NCBI GenBank assembly: GCA_035533295.1
Contig: DATLUA010000040.1
Location: 559 to 64,558, forward strand
Reading direction: 5' to 3'
DNA length: 64,000 bases
Source: Elusimicrobiota bacterium
GTDB taxonomy: Bacteria; Elusimicrobiota; Elusimicrobia; UBA1565; UBA9628
Shown: positions 35,787 through 44,718 of the stretch, one piece after another
Layout: every line of letters starts with the position of its first letter
How positions within the stretch are numbered: the stretch's first letter is position 1
Made by a program: the position numbers and the translations under genes
The notes under the pieces: generated by a model
What the model saw: only the letters and a program-made list of their open reading frames with translations
What the model was told of the DNA's origin: nothing
The model's database searches: none

Positions 35787-37154
35787 CTATCTGTTCTGCA
35801 GCAGCCGCACCAACTCCTGGTTGGCTTGGCTTAAATCCACGCCGGTTCCCTGGTATTGGCGGAGGATGCTTTTCAAGTCCTCGATGAGCGCGGAATCGGC
35901 CGCGCCCTGGCTCTTCATCTGCTGGTAGGCGCTCCAGTCCTTCTCGAAAAGAATCTGCGGGGTGTTTTTCTCGGCCGCGGATTTCTCCCGCAGGCGCTTC
36001 TCCTTATCCTGGATGCTTTGGAATTTTTGCAGGGAATCCTGATACTGCTGCTGCAGATCGCCCAGCCGCTTGCGCGCCTCGGCCTCGGAAATGGTCCGGT
36101 TCAGAAGCTGATTATCCAAGACCTTTATCTCGTCGCGCAGGGCATTAAGCTGCTGGGAGAGCTGCCACTGCTTGTTCTCCGCGGCTTCGAGCTCCCGCAG
36201 GAGAATGCCGCGGTAGTCCGTTTCATCCTTAAGCATGCGCTCGAACTCGGCCTCGGGGTCGGAGGCGCCGAAGCGCCAGGAGACAGACAGGGCGTTGCCC
36301 AGGCGCGCCGCGCCCTTCAAGGGAATGGTGAGCGCGTAATCCGCCTCGCCGCCCATGATTTTCCAGCCCAGACCCATGCTCCAGGTCTGATCCCTATCGC
36401 CGGCGCGAAGCCCGAGACGCGCGGCCACGGCGCCATGCCGCACGGTTTCCCACCAGCGCTCCAAGCCCGCGCCGGCGCTGGTTTCCTCGCGGTAGAGCCC
36501 CGAGGGGCCCTCGTGGGCGACGTCGAAAACGAAAGTCATGTCCCGGACCGATTCGGACACGCCGGCGCGCAAGTCCACCGGCGGCTTGACGCCCCCGACC
36601 CGGCCGCCGCTCAGGTTTAAAATCGAGACCCCAGCGGCATACTTGTCATGAAAGCGCTCAACGGCTCCCATGTCCAAGGCCACGGTCATATCCGAAGCCC
36701 CCCCGGTGGCGGCAGCCGCGTCCAAAAACTTGAGATTCCCGCCCGCCTCGAGATCATCCCCCGGCGCCTGCCACAGCCCCTGGGTCGCGTAGCTAAACTG
36801 GGTGGTCCGCTCCGAGGAATAATTGAGCGGGGCGTCGTAGATTTCCGAAAGTCCCAGCACGCCGACGCTCACCGGCGCGACGGCGACCAAATTGGCTTGG
36901 CTTTGATCCGTAAAGCCGGCCGGAAGGTTGAATTGCCGCAAGGCGTTCAAGGAAAGCGAAACGTGCCTGGCAAACGCGATGCCCGCGGGGTTGTAGAACA
37001 CGGCGGCCGGATCGCCGGTCATCGCAGTGAAAGCGCCGCCCATGGCCACGGCTCGCGCGCTGAAGCCCTCGTCCTCGAAAGAAGCGTAAAGCGGAGATGC
37101 TAAGCCCAAAAAAAGCGCGGCTACGACGGCGGGGCGAATCATAGGAAGCCTCAC
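35787..37154 (-). CDS. FadL/PorV-like beta-barrel N-domain fused to C-terminal coiled-coil domain
   Basis: Signal peptide, then FSARAVAMGGAFTAMTGDPAAVFYNPAGIA (the same family motif as 27049..28029) and ~290 aa of beta-rich sequence. The C-terminal ~150 aa are heptad coiled coil (QLNALRDEIKVLDNQLLNRT...). Confidence 0.5.
   Translation of the reverse strand: MRLPMIRPAVVAALFLGLASPLYASFEDEGFSARAVAMGGAFTAMTGDPAAVFYNPAGIAFARHVSLSLNALRQFNLPAGFTDQSQANLVAVAPVSVGVLGLSEIYDAPLNYSSERTTQFSYATQGLWQAPGDDLEAGGNLKFLDAAAATGGASDMTVALDMGAVERFHDKYAAGVSILNLSGGRVGGVKPPVDLRAGVSESVRDMTFVFDVAHEGPSGLYREETSAGAGLERWWETVRHGAVAARLGLRAGDRDQTWSMGLGWKIMGGEADYALTIPLKGAARLGNALSVSWRFGASDPEAEFERMLKDETDYRGILLRELEAAENKQWQLSQQLNALRDEIKVLDNQLLNRTISEAEARKRLGDLQQQYQDSLQKFQSIQDKEKRLREKSAAEKNTPQILFEKDWSAYQQMKSQGAADSALIEDLKSILRQYQGTGVDLSQANQELVRLLQNR
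35797..35866. repeat. 70-bp direct repeat copy B (functional 3' end of gene 35787..37154)
   Basis: See copy A. It encodes the authentic C terminus ...GTGVDLSQANQELVRLLQNR*. Confidence 0.8.
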
Positions 37155-37157
37155 GGA

Positions 37158-38876
37158 TTATAAACTTTTGCCGGAGGAAAGCACAATGCGGTATTCGCCG
37201 GGGTCGGCGGCGAAGGCGGCCTCATACTGCGCCGAGGCCGCGGCAGGATCGAGGGATTGCGACAACCGCGCGGACAAATAGTGGGCGAAGCCGTAGCTGA
37301 GCCGGACGTCATGAACATAGGGATCGCGAAAGCCGCCAGGAGCGAAGCGCTGAACCGAGAAAACCCAAAAGGGATTTCTTCGCGCCGGGGATATGGCGCG
37401 CGCCGGCGCCGCGGGCGAACGCTCGACTTCCTGGCAGAGCCCCTCCGGCCGAAGAAAAAACGGATTTCCCATCAAGCCCAGCTCGGCGAGGCGGTCCTCG
37501 GAGAGGCCCGCGACGTAGACGGGGCGGTTTTTCATCCAGTCCGCGATTTCCGGCGCCAAATTTTGCTCCGTCGCATCGATGAAAATCCGGCCGCTTGAAT
37601 CCGGGGAAGCCAACTCCAGATAATGCAGCCCGAACAAAGCCGTGTCTCCCCCCACCACGGCCGCGGAGCCGGGCGGCACGTCGCGGCGCAAATCCCTGGC
37701 GTAATCATAGGCCGAAAAATCGTTTCGATGAATGGCCGCGGCGGCGTTGGCGGCCAGAGGCCACGCGGCCAACAAGAGCGCGGCGGGCCAAACCGCGAAA
37801 GGCGCCCGCCGGCCCAGGCGTTCAAGGCCATAAGCGCAAAAGGCGCACAAGAATAGGCTGGGCGCGATAAAATCCGGAGCGAGCACGCCGCGGACCGTCC
37901 ACTGGGAAAGATTAAAGCGCGTGGCCAGAAAATAAAGCGGCCCGAAAAATAGAAACCCCAGCGCCAAGCCCCGGAACCATTTCTTGTCGGCGCGCCATGA
38001 CATCCAAACGCCGACCGAAGCCAGCAGCACCGCGGGCAGGCCGTTTTTACACAGGCCCTTGGCCAGATAGGCGATCAAATTTCCAGCCGCGGCCGGAGTC
38101 AGGGCAACGCTGTAGGGGCCGAAAAGCGTCAGCGTTCCATAAGAGGCCCGGCGCAGGACATCCCACGCCAAGCCCGCGTCATGAAGGCGAATCCAAAGAA
38201 AAAATTCCAAGCTCAACCCGAGGCCGCAAAAGGCGCAAAACCGCCCGAAATCGGGAAGCGCCGATCCGCCGAGGCTTCGGCGCTCTTCGCGCCAGAGCCA
38301 GAAAAGCGCCGGGGCAAAAAGCGCGAGGCTTTGGTGATTGACCAGACCCAGGCCGAAAAGAAGGCCGCTCAAGGATAACCGCTTGAGATGGGATTTTTCC
38401 TCGCCCTCGCAGAGCAGCAGCAAAAGCGTCAAAAGCAGCGCCTGGGCCGCGTACATCTCCTCGAGCAGACAGAATTTCCAAAAAAAAGCGCCGGAACCGA
38501 AGGCCAAGGACGCGCCCAAGGCCGCCGCGGTCGAGGCCGCTTGGCCCGTGCGTCGGCGCAAAAAAATAAAAAAACACGCCACCGCGCCGGCGCCGCAAAG
38601 CGCGGAGAGAACATTCAATCGGTAGGCCGGGTTGCCCAATGGAAAAGCTTCCAGCCAGGCCCGGCCCAAAACGGCGTAGAGCGGATAGCCCGGCGGATGC
38701 GCCACGGTCAAGCCCAAGGCCGCCGAGGCCAAGTCGGCGCTGTCCCGGGGCGCGATGGAGGGGTAGGCGCAAAACAAGTACAGCGCGAAGGCCCCAAAAA
38801 ACAAGGAAACGGAAGGAACGGATGAGGCCGAAAAACGACGGAAAACTCCCGTTTCCTTCCATTCTTTCCGTTCCAT
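37158..38876 (-). CDS. DUF2723/TMEM260-like polytopic membrane protein (putative GT-C glycosyltransferase); 5' end overlaps repeat/terminator element
   Basis: AYPSIAPRDSADLASAALGLTVAHPPGYPLYAVLG resembles the DUF2723 N-terminal signature. More than 10 TM helices. The first ~25 codons of the ORF lie inside the inverted-repeat element. Confidence 0.5.
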   Translation of the reverse strand: MERKEWKETGVFRRFSASSVPSVSLFFGAFALYLFCAYPSIAPRDSADLASAALGLTVAHPPGYPLYAVLGRAWLEAFPLGNPAYRLNVLSALCGAGAVACFFIFLRRRTGQAASTAAALGASLAFGSGAFFWKFCLLEEMYAAQALLLTLLLLLCEGEEKSHLKRLSLSGLLFGLGLVNHQSLALFAPALFWLWREERRSLGGSALPDFGRFCAFCGLGLSLEFFLWIRLHDAGLAWDVLRRASYGTLTLFGPYSVALTPAAAGNLIAYLAKGLCKNGLPAVLLASVGVWMSWRADKKWFRGLALGFLFFGPLYFLATRFNLSQWTVRGVLAPDFIAPSLFLCAFCAYGLERLGRRAPFAVWPAALLLAAWPLAANAAAAIHRNDFSAYDYARDLRRDVPPGSAAVVGGDTALFGLHYLELASPDSSGRIFIDATEQNLAPEIADWMKNRPVYVAGLSEDRLAELGLMGNPFFLRPEGLCQEVERSPAAPARAISPARRNPFWVFSVQRFAPGGFRDPYVHDVRLSYGFAHYLSARLSQSLDPAAASAQYEAAFAADPGEYRIVLSSGKSL

Positions 38877-38900
38877 CCGTTTTTTCCGTTCCCTTCCGTC
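38792..38900 (-). terminator. GGAACGG/CCGTTCC inverted-repeat element copy 4 acting as intrinsic terminator/attenuator after tsaD
   Basis: Minus-strand RNA directly after the tsaD stop forms a long hairpin. The 5' arm is GGAAGGGAACGGAAAAAACGGAUGGAACGGAAAGAAUGGAAGG. The 3' arm is CCGUUCCUUCCGUUUCC followed by UUGUUUUUUGGGG. Confidence 0.55.
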
Positions 38901-39903
38901 AGCGCCGCGTCCAGGAGCGCACGGGCAGGCCCGGATCGCTCCGGGTGCGTCGCTCCACGGCGCCGGCCTTGAGCCGGTGCCACCCGACGCGCGCGATCAT
39001 CGCGCCGTTGTCCGTGCACAGCCGCGGGCTCGGCATGGCCACCGTCAAGCCGTATTCCTTCCCGCGGAGAACGGAAAGTTCGCGCAGGCGGCTGTTCGCC
39101 GCGACGCCGCCGCCGATGACCACGGAGCGGACGCGGAACCTCCGGGCCGCGGCCATGGCCTTCGAGGCCAGCGTGTCCGCGACGGCTTCCTGGAACGACG
39201 CGCACACGTCGGCGATTTCGTCGGCGCTAAGCTTTTTCGATCCGCGGTCCCTCAGGCAATAAAGCACGGCGGTCTTCAAGCCCGCGAACGAAAAATCCCA
39301 CGTGTCCGGCATGTAGGGCCTGGGCAGGCTCACGGCATCGGGATTTCCCTGCCGCGCCGCGCGATCGACCACGGGCCCGCCGGGATAGCCCAGGCCCAGC
39401 AGGCGGGCCACCTTGTCGTAAGCCTCGCCCGCCGCGTCATCCCGCGTGCGCCCCAAAACCCGGTAGCGCCCGGGGGCGCGGCACAAAAGCAAATCGGTAT
39501 GCCCGCCGGAAACGATGAGCGCGATCAAGGGAAATTCCAGCCGGTTCTCGAACTCGGCGGCGAAGACGTGGGCTTCCAGGTGATTGACCGGAACCAGGGG
39601 AATGCCCTCCATAATCGAAATCGCCTGAGCCGCGACTTTGCCCACCAAAAGAGGTCCCAGCAGCCCCGGCCCGCGCGTGTAGGCCACGGCGTGAATTTTT
39701 TTGCCGCCGGCCTGGCGGCGCGCGGCGTCGATGACCGGATATATTCTCTGCAGATGGGCGCGGGCCGCGAGCTCCGGAACCACGCCGTTGAACTCCCGGT
39801 GCAGGGCGATTTGCGACGACACGACGTTTGAGAGCAGGCGGCCGTCTTCGAGAACCGCCGCCGCGGTCTCGTCGCAGGAAGTCTCGATTCCTAGAACGCG
39901 CAT
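38899..39903 (-). CDS. tsaD: tRNA N6-adenosine threonylcarbamoyltransferase TsaD (Kae1/Gcp)
   Basis: MRVLGIETSCDETAAAVL... and the HLEAHV and SGGHT metal-binding motifs are typical of TsaD. 334 aa. Confidence 0.85.
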   Translation of the reverse strand: MRVLGIETSCDETAAAVLEDGRLLSNVVSSQIALHREFNGVVPELAARAHLQRIYPVIDAARRQAGGKKIHAVAYTRGPGLLGPLLVGKVAAQAISIMEGIPLVPVNHLEAHVFAAEFENRLEFPLIALIVSGGHTDLLLCRAPGRYRVLGRTRDDAAGEAYDKVARLLGLGYPGGPVVDRAARQGNPDAVSLPRPYMPDTWDFSFAGLKTAVLYCLRDRGSKKLSADEIADVCASFQEAVADTLASKAMAAARRFRVRSVVIGGGVAANSRLRELSVLRGKEYGLTVAMPSPRLCTDNGAMIARVGWHRLKAGAVERRTRSDPGLPVRSWTRR

Positions 39904-39909
39904 CGGCCC

Positions 39910-41199
39910 CTAGTTCCCCGCGGGCGCCGACAAGATTTGGTCGGCCTTGAGGATTTCCACCGCGCGATTAAGAGTCTCGTCTTGAACCATGTCCTTCCGG
40001 CTCACGTCGGGACGCGGCTTTTTGTCCTTGGCGTAAATCATATCCCACTGCGCGTAGAGCTCGGACTCGACGTCCTTGGGCACCGGCACGACGATGTCGG
40101 GGATAAGTCCGCCGCGGATGCCCTTGCCCTCGTCGCGCATCAAAGAGCGGCCCAACGGCGTGTAGTAGTGCGCCACCGTCAGGCGCAGGGCCGAGCCGTC
40201 GGCCAGCGGGATGACGGACTGCACGCTGAATTTCCCGTAGGTCCGCTCGCCCACGATGACGGCGCGATGGTAGTCCTGCAGCGCGCCGGAGACGATCTCG
40301 GCGGCGGACGCCGTGCCGCCGTTGACCAGGACGACCATCGGCAGCGCGGGAAAAGGCGCCGCGGTCTGGCTGCGGAAATCCTCGCGGCTTTGGGGATCCC
40401 GGCCCTGGGTGTAGACGATGAGGCGGCTGCCGCCGATGAACTCCGAGGCGACGTCGACGCCGGCGTCCAGGAGCCCGCCGGGGTTGTTGCGTAAATCGAG
40501 TACGAGACTCGTCATCCCCTGTTTTTTCAAGCCTTGCAGGGCTGAGAGCAAGTCCGGCCCGGTTTCCGCGCTAAATTCCGTAATCCGGGCGTAGCCGATG
40601 CTCTTATCCAGCATCCGGGGCTCTACGCTGCGAATTTTTACGATTTCGCGCGTCAATGGATAGTCCTTGGTCGTCCACGGCCCCTTCTCGTCCTCATCGG
40701 CCGAGCGCGCGATGCTCAAGGTCACCTTCGTGCCCGGATCGCCGCGCAGCTGCTTGAAGGCGCCATCGAACGTGATGTCCTTCGTGCTTTTCCCGTTGAT
40801 GGCCGTGATGCGATCCCCGGGCAGAATTCCGGCCCGGTAGGCCGGCGTGCCCGGCAGCGGCGTCATGACGGTCAGCCAGTCGTCCTTCATGTAGATTCTG
40901 ATTCCCACGCCGCCGAACTGCCCCTCGGTCTCGCTTTTCATGTCCTGGCTGGCTTCCGGATCCAGGAACTCGGAAAAGGGATCCAAGGTATCGACCATGC
41001 CTTCGGCCGCCCCGTAAATGAGTTTTTTTGCGTCCTGCGGCCGCACGTATTGAGATTGGACATACCCCAGCATGTCCACCAAAACTTTCAGCTCTTTGTA
41101 GGTCTCATCCTGCGGGGAAGACGCCGAAGCGGCGGGAACGGCCCCCGCCGCGGACGCCGTTAGAGCCAAAGCGGCGGCGATTATCCATGTCTTGCGCAT
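39910..41199 (-). CDS. ctpA: Carboxy-terminal processing (S41) peptidase with PDZ domain
   Basis: Signal peptide, a PDZ-like region and S41 catalytic-region motifs (GGTASAAEIVSGALQD, RAVIVGERTYGKFSVQ). Confidence 0.8.
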   Translation of the reverse strand: MRKTWIIAAALALTASAAGAVPAASASSPQDETYKELKVLVDMLGYVQSQYVRPQDAKKLIYGAAEGMVDTLDPFSEFLDPEASQDMKSETEGQFGGVGIRIYMKDDWLTVMTPLPGTPAYRAGILPGDRITAINGKSTKDITFDGAFKQLRGDPGTKVTLSIARSADEDEKGPWTTKDYPLTREIVKIRSVEPRMLDKSIGYARITEFSAETGPDLLSALQGLKKQGMTSLVLDLRNNPGGLLDAGVDVASEFIGGSRLIVYTQGRDPQSREDFRSQTAAPFPALPMVVLVNGGTASAAEIVSGALQDYHRAVIVGERTYGKFSVQSVIPLADGSALRLTVAHYYTPLGRSLMRDEGKGIRGGLIPDIVVPVPKDVESELYAQWDMIYAKDKKPRPDVSRKDMVQDETLNRAVEILKADQILSAPAGN

Positions 41200-41222
41200 G
41201 CTCCCTCCTTATATAAGCTTAA

Positions 41223-42374
41223 TCAAGGCTTCTCAAGCCAATCAAGCGGGTTAAGCGCCTGCGTTCCCTGCCGGATCTCAAGATAAACGCTCCCAAGGCT
41301 GCCGCCGTCCAATGAACCGGCCCGGGCGATGACGTCTCCCGTTTTTACGGACTGCCCCTGGGATGCAAGCAACTGGCCCAGGTGGCCGTAGATGCTGAAG
41401 AAATTCCCGCCGTGATCCAAAATCAAGACCCGTCCGTAAGAACGAAAGCTTCCGGCATAAATGACCTGGGCGTCGCCCACAGCCGCGACCGGAACGTCCG
41501 GCTGCGTGGCGATAAGAATGCCGCGGCTGAGCATCCAAACCCCGGTCGCCGGATCGCGCCGGCGGCCGAACGCCTCCATAACGTGCCCCGCAGCCGGCCA
41601 GGGCAGCGAGTTTTTGGTGACGCTCCAGACCGATGGCAGCGCCCGCGGAAGGCGCTGGCTTTGCCGCAAGCGCCGAATCAAGCGGGTCAGGGCTTTAGCC
41701 GAAGCCTCAAGAGCTTTTTCCCGGGCCAAGGCCGCCGCTTTCTTCTGCTGCGTCGTCGCGATTTGGGCCAGCGTGTCTTGATATTGCGCGTCGGTTTTGC
41801 GGGCGCGCGCTTGAACCTGCTGCCTTTGGGTCAGGATGCGGCCTTCCTCCCGCTGCTTCTGCTTCTTGCCGAGCGCCTCGGCTTTATCAAGGCCGTTGAG
41901 CCGCTTCAAGACGGCGGCCTGCTCCATGACGGCGCGCTGGAGCAGAAGCTCCCGCCAAATGCCCAGCGATCCAAAGCGGCTGTTTTGATCCCATAAATCA
42001 TCGGAGTAAGTCCGAAGCTCCGACCGCATTTCAGGCCGCCACAGGCCGGAAGCGCGGCCCACGGCCTGCAGGCGGCCTTCCAACAGCCGCCGATTGGCCC
42101 GAGCGGTGCGCAATTCGCGCTTGAGCCGGCCCATTTCATCGTTAATCTTGGCCCGGCTGTCTTCCAGGCTTTGGGTCTGGCGCGTCAAGGATTCCTCCAT
42201 TTGCTGGTAAAGGACGATTTGCGCGCGGGCGGCTTTGAGCTCGCTTTGAATCTCATCAAGCTTGCGCTTCTTCGCGTCGAACCACGCGGAGGCCGGAGTC
42301 GGGAAGCTCCAAGCGGCCAGCAAGACCGCCGGCAACGCCGCCCCGCTCAGGAAGTTTCCGCGCACAGGGACCAC
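41223..42374 (-). CDS. envC: EnvC-like murein hydrolase activator (coiled coil + C-terminal M23/LytM domain)
   Basis: I propose a GTG start at 42374 giving signal peptide MVPVRGNFLSGAALPAVLLAAWSFPTPASA. A coiled-coil region follows. The C-terminal LytM segment is VIYAGSFRSYGRVLILDHGGNFFSIYGHL. The ORF-track N-terminal extension overlaps ftsX in another frame. Confidence 0.65.
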   Translation of the reverse strand: MVPVRGNFLSGAALPAVLLAAWSFPTPASAWFDAKKRKLDEIQSELKAARAQIVLYQQMEESLTRQTQSLEDSRAKINDEMGRLKRELRTARANRRLLEGRLQAVGRASGLWRPEMRSELRTYSDDLWDQNSRFGSLGIWRELLLQRAVMEQAAVLKRLNGLDKAEALGKKQKQREEGRILTQRQQVQARARKTDAQYQDTLAQIATTQQKKAAALAREKALEASAKALTRLIRRLRQSQRLPRALPSVWSVTKNSLPWPAAGHVMEAFGRRRDPATGVWMLSRGILIATQPDVPVAAVGDAQVIYAGSFRSYGRVLILDHGGNFFSIYGHLGQLLASQGQSVKTGDVIARAGSLDGGSLGSVYLEIRQGTQALNPLDWLEKP

Positions 42375-43087
42375 CCCGCCAGCGCCAGGACCAGGACCAG
42401 TCCCGCTTGGCTTGCCCAGGAGGGCCACGACCACCAGGGGGCGATAAGCCTCAAGGGAGAAGCCGTCACCAGGGTCAAAATCGCCCCGCAAACGCAGCCC
42501 GCGGCGGCCACCAGGGCCGGAGCGACGGTGTGGAGCCTTTTTTCCAGATGATGCGGCGAAATCCAAAGAACGCAAAACGCCATCAAGACCACGAACGCCG
42601 CGCCGAATCCGAAGATCATGTCGATCCAATAGCCGTAAAATTGGGTTTGGAGAATCGCCTTGACCTCGCCGCTCTTATACCGGATGTCGGACCAATCCGA
42701 AATGGAGGACGCCGAGGAAATCCAGTCCGTGATCCGGCCGAACCCCTGCGGCGACAGGCGGACCTCGAACGCGGAGGGCAGGGGATTTTCTCCCAGCCAG
42801 GCGATTGAATCGACGAGTTGGGGGTCCTTCCTCTGCAAGCGGTCAAGCGCCTCTTTCTTGGAAACGTAGCGCACGTCCTCGACGTCCGGCAAGGCCAGGA
42901 TATTGTCTTCCAGCGTTTTTTGGGCGTCAGCATCGACGTCCTGCGGCGGCACCAGAAGAACGACGAAGTCCGAGCGCAGCGAAGCCTCTATCTGCCCGCA
43001 TTGGCCGCGCAGGAGAATCAAGGCTTCTCCACCCAGGCCTCCGGCCAAGCCGAGAAGAAACGCCAGCAGAAAGGACAACTTTTTCAT
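42347..43087 (-). CDS. ftsX: FtsX-like permease, compact form lacking the cytoplasmic N-terminal domain
   Basis: The periplasmic domain carries the FtsX-ECD-like LGENPLPSAFEVRL segment. Three C-terminal TM helices. Lies immediately upstream of the envC-like gene. No ftsE in the window. Confidence 0.5.
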   Translation of the reverse strand: MKKLSFLLAFLLGLAGGLGGEALILLRGQCGQIEASLRSDFVVLLVPPQDVDADAQKTLEDNILALPDVEDVRYVSKKEALDRLQRKDPQLVDSIAWLGENPLPSAFEVRLSPQGFGRITDWISSASSISDWSDIRYKSGEVKAILQTQFYGYWIDMIFGFGAAFVVLMAFCVLWISPHHLEKRLHTVAPALVAAAGCVCGAILTLVTASPLRLIAPWWSWPSWASQAGLVLVLALAGWSLCAETS

Positions 43088-43142
43088 GGTTTTCTTCCTA
43101 TATCCTTAGGAGTCAAACCGTTTCCGTTGGTCATGGTTCCGG

Positions 43143-44624
43143 CTAAAAGCCGGCTAAAGAGAACACGAGAGCGAGCGCCGTCAGGCCAAAAAGCCCGGGC
43201 GAGCGCGCCGCGGCGTAAGAAAGAAATCCAGATATTCCGGGAGAGCGTCCCGCGGAGGCGCGGGAAATTGCCGGAGGCGGAACGGGAGTTACGCTCAGGA
43301 CGTCCGCATCTCCCATCGCGACGGAGAGGCCGCGCAAGGGCAGGTCGCCCGAAACCATCAGCTCTTTATCTTTGGAACCCCGAACTGTCCGGTAGCCGAT
43401 GGTCCGTCCGTAGGAAAATCCGCTTTCCATGCGCAGCCGCGGCAAGTCCGCCGCGATCACCCGGGCCGGATCCGCGCCCGCAGGAATGCGCAGCCCCACG
43501 ATCATCCGGGCCGACGCCCCTGGAATCTTCAATAAGTCCGTCGCGGAAGACGGGCCGGGATTCCAGTCCACCCGGACGCGCGCGACGGAAGGGACGGAAA
43601 ACAAATGCGGCACCTCGTTTCTCGGCAGCCATCCGACCACGGCGATTTTTCCGTTCATGCCGGCTCCCGGGACGCCCGCGGCGAATCCCGGCGCGGGTTT
43701 AAAACGAGCCGTGCTCGACAGGCTGGCCAACGCGTCGCGAAATTCTCCGGGATGCTTCTTCAAATCCAGGCTCAACGCCACCATCACCTGATTGGGGTGC
43801 GGATCGGCAGCCGGGGAAGGCGCGCCCGCGGCTTTCGGCGGAACGGATGCGGGGAGTCGACGGGCCCACAGGCCGCCGCCGTTTTCCGCGCTGCCCGAAG
43901 CGGACGACGGCGCCCCCCCTAAAATATGGGAGTCGTAATCCGCGCGGCCCATTTGCGCGGCCTGCCCCGTCGAAGCCGCCGCGGCCTTGCCCGCCGGCAG
44001 CTCCAGCGGCGAGAGCAGCCTTTGCAGCAACGACTTGCCTTCTTTTCCCGAAGAGGGCTGATTGCCCGTGCGCGCCGGATGGAAACCCGGGGTCGCGCTC
44101 GCCGCTTGGCCGTTTTGCGCGTTGACCAGGAAATCCTCAAGACTGCCGGCGGGCAGCGGCGGAGGCCCCGCCGGAGAAATGCCCTCCGCCTGCGCGGGAG
44201 CCCCCGCCGCAACGGGTTCGGCGGGAGCCGTCATGACCGAGGCCGGCACCGCCGCCGGAACTTCCGGCAGAGCCTGCGGCGCGGAGGGCGCCGCGGCGGC
44301 GGGCGGCGTTTTCGGCGAAGCCGCGAAGGACGGCAAAAATTTCGGCGCGAATGAACGGCGCATGGAGGCTCCGGGCAGAATTCGCGGCGCGGAGCTCTCC
44401 ATGAAGTCGCCGATATCCGGAGAAAGTCCGGCTCCCGCGCCGCCGGGAACCAGAGCCTCGTTGGCGGCCGGAGAATTCGTCAAGACCGAGCCGGCTTCGG
44501 GGGCCTCCGCCGCCTCTTCCTGCGCGAAAACGCGCGGCGCGGCCGCGGCGAAAACAACAGCCGCGAGCGCGAAAAGGAGCGTCATTCGGCCCGTTTTCAT
44601 GTCCAGTATGCTTTTCAAATTCAT
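43143..44624 (-). CDS. Pro/Ala-rich secreted protein with C-terminal hydrophobic anchor, unknown function
   Basis: Signal peptide, long low-complexity A/P/G/S region, C-terminal TM-like GLFGLTALALVFSLAGF. Confidence 0.4.
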   Translation of the reverse strand: MNLKSILDMKTGRMTLLFALAAVVFAAAAPRVFAQEEAAEAPEAGSVLTNSPAANEALVPGGAGAGLSPDIGDFMESSAPRILPGASMRRSFAPKFLPSFAASPKTPPAAAAPSAPQALPEVPAAVPASVMTAPAEPVAAGAPAQAEGISPAGPPPLPAGSLEDFLVNAQNGQAASATPGFHPARTGNQPSSGKEGKSLLQRLLSPLELPAGKAAAASTGQAAQMGRADYDSHILGGAPSSASGSAENGGGLWARRLPASVPPKAAGAPSPAADPHPNQVMVALSLDLKKHPGEFRDALASLSSTARFKPAPGFAAGVPGAGMNGKIAVVGWLPRNEVPHLFSVPSVARVRVDWNPGPSSATDLLKIPGASARMIVGLRIPAGADPARVIAADLPRLRMESGFSYGRTIGYRTVRGSKDKELMVSGDLPLRGLSVAMGDADVLSVTPVPPPAISRASAGRSPGISGFLSYAAARSPGLFGLTALALVFSLAGF

Positions 44625-44709
44625 GATAGCAAATTGAAATTAATTTGAGCCCCGTACGTAAAAAGGATTGGACCGATTCTTTCAAAATCAGAAGCATCGT
44701 TTCTTGATG

Positions 44710-44718
44710 TGCTATAAT
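44710..44718 (+). promoter_or_regulatory. Extended -10 promoter (TGcTATAAT) for pnt operon
   Basis: gTGcTATAAT at 44710-44718 sits in the AT-rich divergent intergenic region. It overlaps the ATG at 44717, so the real pntAA start is likely the in-frame GTG at 44738. Confidence 0.45.
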
